Assembly: GCF_009914755.1 (NCBI RefSeq)
Contig: NC_060942.1
Source of the DNA: the human T2T-CHM13v2.0 reference genome, Homo sapiens
Strand: one strand, 5' to 3'
Length of the DNA stretch: 64,000 bases
The translations under genes were made by a program, and so were the position numbers. Within the stretch, counting starts at the first letter, position 1, and every line of letters starts with the position of its first letter. Below are positions 55,271 to 64,000 of the stretch, piece by piece. The notes beneath the pieces are model-generated. The model was given only the letters and a program-made list of their open reading frames with translations, did no database searches and had not been told where the DNA came from.

Positions 55271-55620
55271 ACATTAAGAGACCTAGGTTTCTAAGGGATA
55301 TATGAGTGTATGGATCACAGCAAAGTATTACTTGTTCATACCATGCTGTGTTTTTCACTTAACTTGCCTGTGGTCAAACATAGCTGGCTCTATTCTGTCT
55401 CCTTCTTCCTTGCAGGAGGATCACATGAGCAAAGTCTCATAAGTGAGAAGGGAAACCGACAATTTCTTCTGTCTCTCTTTCTCTCTTTGTTTCTCTCTCC
55501 TTTCTAGCAAATCAATATATGATAGAATGAGCTTGGTAAATCAAGATCTGTGCTGTGCACCCAACTATTAACACATGTGTGTGCACAAATGTAGATTTAA
55601 AAAAAATATCTATTTTTAGT

Positions 55621-55871
55621 GCTAACACCTGTAATCCAAGCACTTTAGGAGGCTGAGACAGGAGATTTACTTGAGGCCAGGAGTTCAAGACCAGCCTGGG
55701 CAACAAAGTAAGACTCTGTCTCTACAAAAAAATTTTAAAAATTAGCTAGATGTGATGGTGCACAACTATGGTCCCAGCTACTCAGGAGGCTGAGGTGGGA
55801 GGATCACTTGAGCCCAGGAAGTTGAGGCTGCAGTAAGCCTGGGTAACAGAGGAGGCCCTCTCTCAAAAAAA
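55621..55871 (+). mobile_element. AluJ, 5'-truncated with an internal deletion
   Basis: AluJ diagnostics; TSD atctatttttagt on both sides. Confidence 0.92.
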
Positions 55872-57055
<1,184 letters not shown>

Positions 57056-57769
57056 GAACAAATGTTTATTTAGGCAGGGAGTAGGAGACTCCCATTTTAG
57101 CCTCCGATCCCATCCACTTTCCAAGATCTGACTTTATTAGACCTTAATTTTAGATTTATGGTCACCTCATTGTCCCATCACTAACATATCCCATGATTTT
57201 CATTTGATCATCAGTTTGCTTTGTATAATTTTTATAGTTTAAAACCTAAAGGGGGAAAGGGGATCAGGTCACCTGTCCTATCCCTACATAATAAATCTAT
57301 TTTCTTTTGCAAACTATCCACACCGCAAGTTCAGTAATTAAAAACTAGAAAAATGCATAATGTATCTTCTACAGTTTTGAGAAATAGTTGTCATGGAGTG
57401 AATATGGGTGGGCAACTAGGTTGTGGTTACATTACTGTAATGTTTTCTTCCTCTAGGTTTGATGATTAGAGAACGGATGAACAACTAAGCAGCCCTTTCA
57501 TAATGGTAATTGTTTGCCTTATTCAGTGTCACCTGTTAGGCACACAGTACTCCAAACTATGAATATTTTCCTATCCTTACAACAACTACTCCAGATATGT
57601 CCAAAGTGGGTAAAGAGCTTGGTCAACAGCAGTGGGGTTTGGCAAAGCTCACTTTTCAGGACAAGCCAGGATTTCTACTGCATTACTTGGGACAACAATA
57701 ATAAAGACATAAGAGACATTTTAGTGCCTTCTAACTGTTCCTCATCCTCTAAGCATCATTAATGAAAAT

Positions 57770-58560
57770 CCTGGAATATCTTGAAAGCTATCACCTCCTT
57801 AAATTTCCCACAATTCCCCTGGTTATGACTCCTCTTATCTCTCACCTGAATTGCTGCTAAAGCCTCCTTAAAGTTTTCATGGCTCTATAGGTTGCAACTT
57901 TAATTTTATCCACTTACTGCTTATGTGACTTGGAGTAAGTGATAAACCTTTTATGAGTGCTTTTTCTAAGAAAGTAAATTATATATCACACTTCCAGCAT
58001 AGAATTAGGGCCAGGATTAAATGTGTTAGAATAAATGTAAGTGCCAGGGACATTGATTGGCACTCAACAAATGTTATTTTGATTTGTTTTCCTTAAATGA
58101 GAATTCTAACGTTTAACTGTTGAAGGCTCATCTTATTCAGGATAGTTTGGTAAATATACATAACTTCAAAATAAAGCCAAAACTCCTTAGACTGACATTT
58201 ATGATTCTCCACTATCTTATCACTTTACCACTTTATTTCCCACCACAACCCCCCATACTATTTATTGTTCCAAGATTACATCCTGTGCTTACTGATTTAT
58301 ACATTCAGAGACACATTTAAATCTGCCTGGAATTTTGATTCCTCTTTCCATTAAAATCCTATTTATTCTACAAAGTGTACTTACATTTTGCTTTTTCGCA
58401 AAGCCTTTCCTGATCTCTAGATTATAATTAGAAACTGTGAATCCTCATAAACCTAGATTTTTTTGTTCATTTTTATCTTGATTCTTCCTCCATTCCTAGA
58501 AAGCATTTCCACCTCTCTTCTGTACAATGTACCTAATTTCTTAATTAATATATATTGAAT
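57770..58560 (+). mobile_element. L2 fragment with a nested MIR (about 57900-58080)
   Basis: L2: tctctcacctgaattgctgc; aaaataaagccaaaactcctt; aagcctttcctgatc. MIR: cacttactgcttatgtgacttgg...ggattaaatg...cactcaacaaatgtta. Confidence 0.65.
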
Positions 58561-59114
58561 TGTGTCATGGAAAACAGACTTCAGAGAATATGAAAATTGT
58601 CTGAACAATATTTAGCAATCGTACATGAGATGAGAATCAGATACTGGAAAATACACCTCTCAGGAGAGGGGCAGGGAACTCAACTGAGATCTAAGATTAA
58701 AAAATGATATTCATTTGTGAGTTGTATGAAAGAAAGCATTTATGGTGTGTTGATCTTGTTGCATACACAAATAACTAGTAGAAGGATTTACATATTTTAT
58801 AATGTTCTGAGAATTTGAGAAAGCTTTTTGTACATTTGTGGAACACTGAGGACACAATTTTCAGAAAGACACAAGGCCCAGTGAGGATACAATGTGCAGA
58901 GCCATAGAGAAGTAGAGGTAACATTTACTTGACTGACCCTATCAGCCTTTTCTGAGGGTTCATTAGATAGAAACAGGTTTGGGTCTATTTATTCATTAAA
59001 ATTATGAATATAAGCAAACTTTAAAATGCTCTACCATACCCACTTTGCATTATATCTGATATATGTTCCTACAGAGTTGATATATTTTAGGAAGTAGTTA
59101 AACAGCTAGCTTAT

Positions 59115-59399
<285 letters not shown>

Positions 59400-60744
59400 A
59401 ACAGCTAGTTTATGATTCATTCATACTCTTTATGAGAATTGAGGGGATGCTACTGGGAAATGGGAAGAAAGAAAATGATCTAGCTAATCTTGCCAATCAG
59501 ATATTTAAATAAATGGTCTAATGATATATTCTCAGGGATAGAGACGTGATCTCTGGAATGCCTTTAGCAACATATCCTTGGCTAAAAGATTAATTAGATT
59601 CAGAAACTATAGAGAATGGGTCCCTGGAGAATGTCATGTAGGCAATGTAACTCTCTGGGTTATAAAATGGAAAGTTTTAGTAATTTAAATAACCTCTTTC
59701 ATGTGAAGTAATCACATGATCTCATTTAGAAACCCTATTTATTATTATGGGCCAGAGGTGCCTATCCAAAGCAAGAAGAATATTTTATCCAGCATTTTAA
59801 ATTGTTTTCTGAGGGAGAAATATTATGTTATTTAGTCTTTCATATGATTAGAAATGAAAGTCTTGATATTCATATTTCTGCTTAGAAATACAAATATGAA
59901 TTGATACATGAGTAGCACAACTGGAAGTAAATGATATTATTTTTAAATGGTGAATGAAAGACAATTATGATAGTAAAACATGGGTTTGGGCAGGGCTACT
60001 GAATTGGTCTAAAAACTATTTGGAACCATTTTTATACAGTTTTATTTTATAATTAACATTCTATTTTTGTCAGCACATACAAAAAGTCTCTTTTATTTAT
60101 TTGTTTATTTGCCCACATGTAATCTTTGAGTTTTCCTATATTTTGTTATTATTTTAAAAAGTGTCTCCTGGGAATATTACTATTTCTGCTAAATTGAACT
60201 TATGGCTTGGCTTTTTTTGCTTTACTTAACGTATACATGATGTCTTTAGGTTTTATTTTATTAAGAACTCTAGAGAAAATACCTTTTATTAATAATATAA
60301 ATATATTTATCCTAAAAATATTCATATTGAATGAAATGTATGAATAGCAATACAGGACTTAGAAGTGTAGATAATAACTTTCTCTAATTTGTTTTAAGTA
60401 TTTCACAAAGATCATCACATCCTAGTGAGTGATAGGAAAGATAAACTGATGCCTTCAGCAAAAATATAGTTCAGCTCACTTGATGAGATATCTGTTATAT
60501 AACTAAAGAGTTTCCTAAAACTTAATCCAAACTGGCAATGGGAGAATAATAAGCTCAATATTTGTGCTGATACTAGGAAAGTGAAAGGCTGGTTACCACT
60601 AAATCATAAAATGAAACCAGATGAGAGGTATGTAATATCTGTATTTTAGTTCTACTTTTGATATTTTTATTTGAATATTGTAGAAATTAAATTAAGTGAG
60701 AAGAACATGATTTAGAATCCACTTACAATAAACATTAAGAACTA

Positions 60745-63036
60745 GATTGGGTCTTCTGCTTCAGACCCAGATGTAGAAACAGGGACAAGATGTACCCTCC
60801 TGCCTGAAACAACAAAGAAAAATAACATAAAATATTGTGAAACAATGGTTTTTAAGATACTGAAAATGAGGTATTGAACAATAATCCCTGAAAGACTGGA
60901 AGCAAGTGAGGTGAGCACTCTGATAGCGTTTCTTGGAGGGGTACAAGAAGGAGTAAGCCAAGGAGAGCCCAGTGGGAATATGGAACTGAGATTGCAGAAG
61001 ACCAAAGAGTGCTAGAGTTTGCTGAAGAGAATATTCGAGGAGAAACTTGCAGAAAGAAAACTCCAAAGATCTGCAGAGGATCTATCTTAAGAGCACAAGA
61101 GAGTACTAATTAGTGCATACATGAGAAAAATACCAAAGGCTAGGGTAAGAACCATTGACAAAGGTTAGAGAGACTAGTGCTTGGTGCTCACAGAAAGTGT
61201 TGAGAATAATCCTTCTTCCCACTACCTAGACTAGAAAGCCTCATTATTCACCGAACAGTGAAGATGATACCCAGAAAGTTCTTACGTTATAGTGGGGAAT
61301 AATTAGTCCTAGATTAATTGTTGTTCTGGTCCTGATTAACTACATGCCAATAAACCTCATAAATATAGATGCCAAAATCCATAACAAAATATTAGAAAAT
61401 CTAATCTAGAAATATATTAAAAAATAACATATTATGACCAAATAGGGTTATCTTGAGAAAGCAAGATTGGCTCAATATTCAAAAATTAATCAAGGTATTT
61501 CACCATATCAACCGATCAAAGAAGAAAAAATATATATAATCATCTCAATAGAAAATCTATTTGACAAAATCTAACTTTCATTATGGGTTAAAATTCTTGG
61601 CAAACTGGGTATAGAAAGAAACTTCCTCAACCTGATAAAGCACATTGACAACGACTTTACAATTAACACTATACTAATGGTGAAAATACTGGGCCTTATC
61701 CAGATAGCATCATAAAATGATGTGCAAATTTGAATAAAAGAAATATGATTCTCATAGTCTACATATGACATAGAAAATTCCAAAGAATCTATAAACATTA
61801 CCTATTAGAACTAATAAGTGAGCCATACTTGGTTGCAGGATGCCAAGTCAATATTATGTAAAAGTCACAGTATTAGTAAATACTAGTTAAAAGCAATTGA
61901 AACATGAAAATTTTTTAAAACCACTTGTGCAAAAAAGAGTTAACACAGCAGATGTGAGACTCTTATCCTTAGAAAGACCTATTTGCAATGTTAGCTCTTG
62001 TCTAAATTTTGAGAAATTGGATTCCAGGAGGGTTCCCATCATTTCCTGAGAAGCATTATTCACAAGGCCAAAATTGCTTCTGAAAACAATATGTTTCATA
62101 TTGAATATTTGCGTTCTTTCTGGGAGTCTAGAATTGGTACATTCCAGGCAGAAGGTGCTTACATGATCAGCTCCCAATAAAAACCCTGTGTATTTGATAT
62201 CTAATGAGCTTCCCTGATACACAATATTTTATCCATGGTTGTTGCAATTTATTGTTGGAGGAATTAAGCATATTCTTTGTAATTCCCCCAGGAAAGGACT
62301 CTTGGAAGCTTGTGCCTGGTTTTCTCCCATGTGCCTTTTCCCTTGCCTCCTTTTGCTTTATACATTTTTTTCTGTAATAAATCATAGTCCTGGATACAAC
62401 TATATGCTGTGTCCTGAGAGTCCTCCTCGTCAATCACTGAACCTGGGAATAATCTTGGGGACTGCCTATATAGTACTATTTACAGTAGCACCAACATTTT
62501 TGAAATACCTGCTGGTAATCTTAAAAAATATGTGTAGGCCTTTATTTCTTTCCAAAATCTATGAAACACTGGTGAAAGGAATCAAATAATAAATATGTAG
62601 ACACATATACTGTGGTCATAAATTGGAAGGCCCAGTGTTTTTAAGATAACAATTCTCCCCTAATTGATCCAAAGGTTCATTGCAAACCCAATAAAATATT
62701 CAGCAGTGTTTTTGGTAGAAATTGAAAACGTGATCATAAAATTCCATAGAATTTAGAATTACTTAAGCATTTTTTAAAAAAATGAAGAACATAAGTAAAA
62801 TGGTGTACTGTGAGAAAAAAAGAGCCACATAGGTCAATAAAAGAGTGTAGAGAGTTCAGAAGAAGATCCACACATATATTATCAACTGATTTTTTAAAAA
62901 AGATGCCAAGACAATTCAACAGGGAAAAGGAAATCTTAAAAACAAAATATCCATAAGGGAAAAACTAAATTTAAATTCTTACCTCTCACAACATAGACAA
63001 ATTAACTAAATATAGGCCATAAACTTAAGTGGAAAA
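60745..63036 (+). mobile_element. L1ME-type element: 5' region joined to ORF2 fragments, interrupted by MER68
   Basis: The 5' segment resembles 38935-39550; ORF2 motifs run from about 61340 (aaatatagatgccaaaatcc...aacttcctcaacctgataaag). Confidence 0.75.
61926..62472 (+). mobile_element. MER68 (ERVL) LTR
   Basis: tgtgcaaaaaagagttaacacagcag...atccttagaaag...gggttcccatc...tgtaataaatcatag...gtcctcct. Confidence 0.85.
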
Positions 63037-63383
63037 TGTATTAGTCCATTATCACACTGTTATTAAGAAATACACAAGACTGGGTAATTTATAAAGAAAA
63101 GAAGTTGAATTGACTCACAGTTCTGCAAGACTGGGGAGACCTCCGGAAATACACAGTCATGGTGAAAGGCACCTCTTCAGAGGGCAACAGGAGAGAGAAT
63201 GAGTGCCAAATGAAAGGGTAAGCCCGTTATATAACCATCAGCTCTCATGAGAACTCACCTGCTATCACAAGAATAGCATGAGGAAACTGCCCCTGTGATT
63301 CAATTATCTCCACCCTGTACCGCCCTTGAAATATGAGGATTCAAGGTGAGATGTGGGTGGGGACATTGAGCCAAACCATATCA
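63037..63383 (-). mobile_element. THE1 (C/D-like) 3' LTR
   Basis: tgtattagtcc...gactgggtaatttataaag...ggcacctcttca...gccaaaccatatca. Confidence 0.92.
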
Positions 63384-64000
63384 TTCCACCACTGGCCTCT
63401 CTCAAATCTCATGTCCTCACGTTTCAAAACACAATCATGCCCTTCCTACAGTCCCCCAAATTCTTAACTCATTCTAGTATTAACCCAAAAGTCCAAGTCC
63501 AAAGTCTCATCTGAGACAAGGCAAGTCTCTTCCACTTATGAGCCTGTAAAATCGAAAGTAAGTTAATTACATCCTAGATACAATGGGGATACCAGTATTG
63601 GGTAAACACGCCCATTCCAAATGGGAAAAATTGGCCAAAACAAAGGAGCTACATGACTCAAGCAAGTCCCGAATCCAATAGGGCAGTCATTAAACCTTAA
63701 GGTTACAAAATGATCTCCTTTGACTCCATGTCTCACATCAAGGAAACGCTGATGCAAGAGTTGGGGCTTCCATGTTGTGTGCATCTCTGCTTCTGTGGCT
63801 TTGAAGGGTACTGCCTTCCTCCTGGCTGCTTTCACTGGCTATCATTGAGTGTCTGTGGCTTTTCCAGGTGCACAGTGCAAGCTGTTGGTGGATCTACTAT
63901 TCTGGGATCTGGAGAATAATGACCCTCTTCTCACAGATCCACTAGGCAGTGCCCCAGTGGAGACTGTGTGGGGGCTCCATTTCCCTCCCTCACTGCCCTA
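63384..64000 (-). mobile_element. THE1-int (MaLR internal region), continuing beyond the window
   Basis: caaaagtccaagtccaaagtctcatctgagacaaggcaag...gatctcctttgactccatgtctcacatc typical of THE1/MST internal sequence. Confidence 0.92.

Noticed and set aside
63100-63120. Poly(A) signal of the minus-strand THE1 LTR mutated (ATTAAA>ATTCAA), suggesting selection against premature polyadenylation
   Set aside because: The oppositely oriented THE1 at 30456-30828 has also lost this signal (CTTAAA), so neutral decay explains it.

Overview
This window is AT-rich primate genomic DNA, probably hominid given an L1PA2-type insertion. It is not prokaryotic, and I found no rRNA, tRNA, CRISPR array or intact long gene ORF. 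About half is recognisable interspersed repeat: about 13 Alus, many L1 fragments, a ~7.8-kb LTR8/HUERS-P1-type provirus, THE1/MLT1/MER68/LTR16 LTRs, MER1B/MER30 DNA transposons, MIR and L2. Almost every ORF in the supplied track is repeat-derived or chance. The most informative non-repeat signal is a set of very small exon-like segments with consensus splice sites on the minus strand: 61 nt (52567-52627), 7 nt (42991-42997) and 41 nt (20531-20571). Weaker candidates are 78, 27, 24 and 46 nt. The 61+7+41 chain is open only if the 7-nt microexon is included, reading EFFMTRREYVPSLTQTFGDC-ASR-NINSSDTVILLKN. This suggests the window lies inside a large minus-strand gene, which I could not name. Other notable items are a candidate L1 3' transduction (54721-54871), an ETS/ETS-IRF promoter-like element near 2.4-2.8 kb, a close inverted Alu pair and a truncated proviral 3' LTR. 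Repeat subfamily names come from recalled consensus sequences, not a RepeatMasker run, and boundaries of old elements are approximate.
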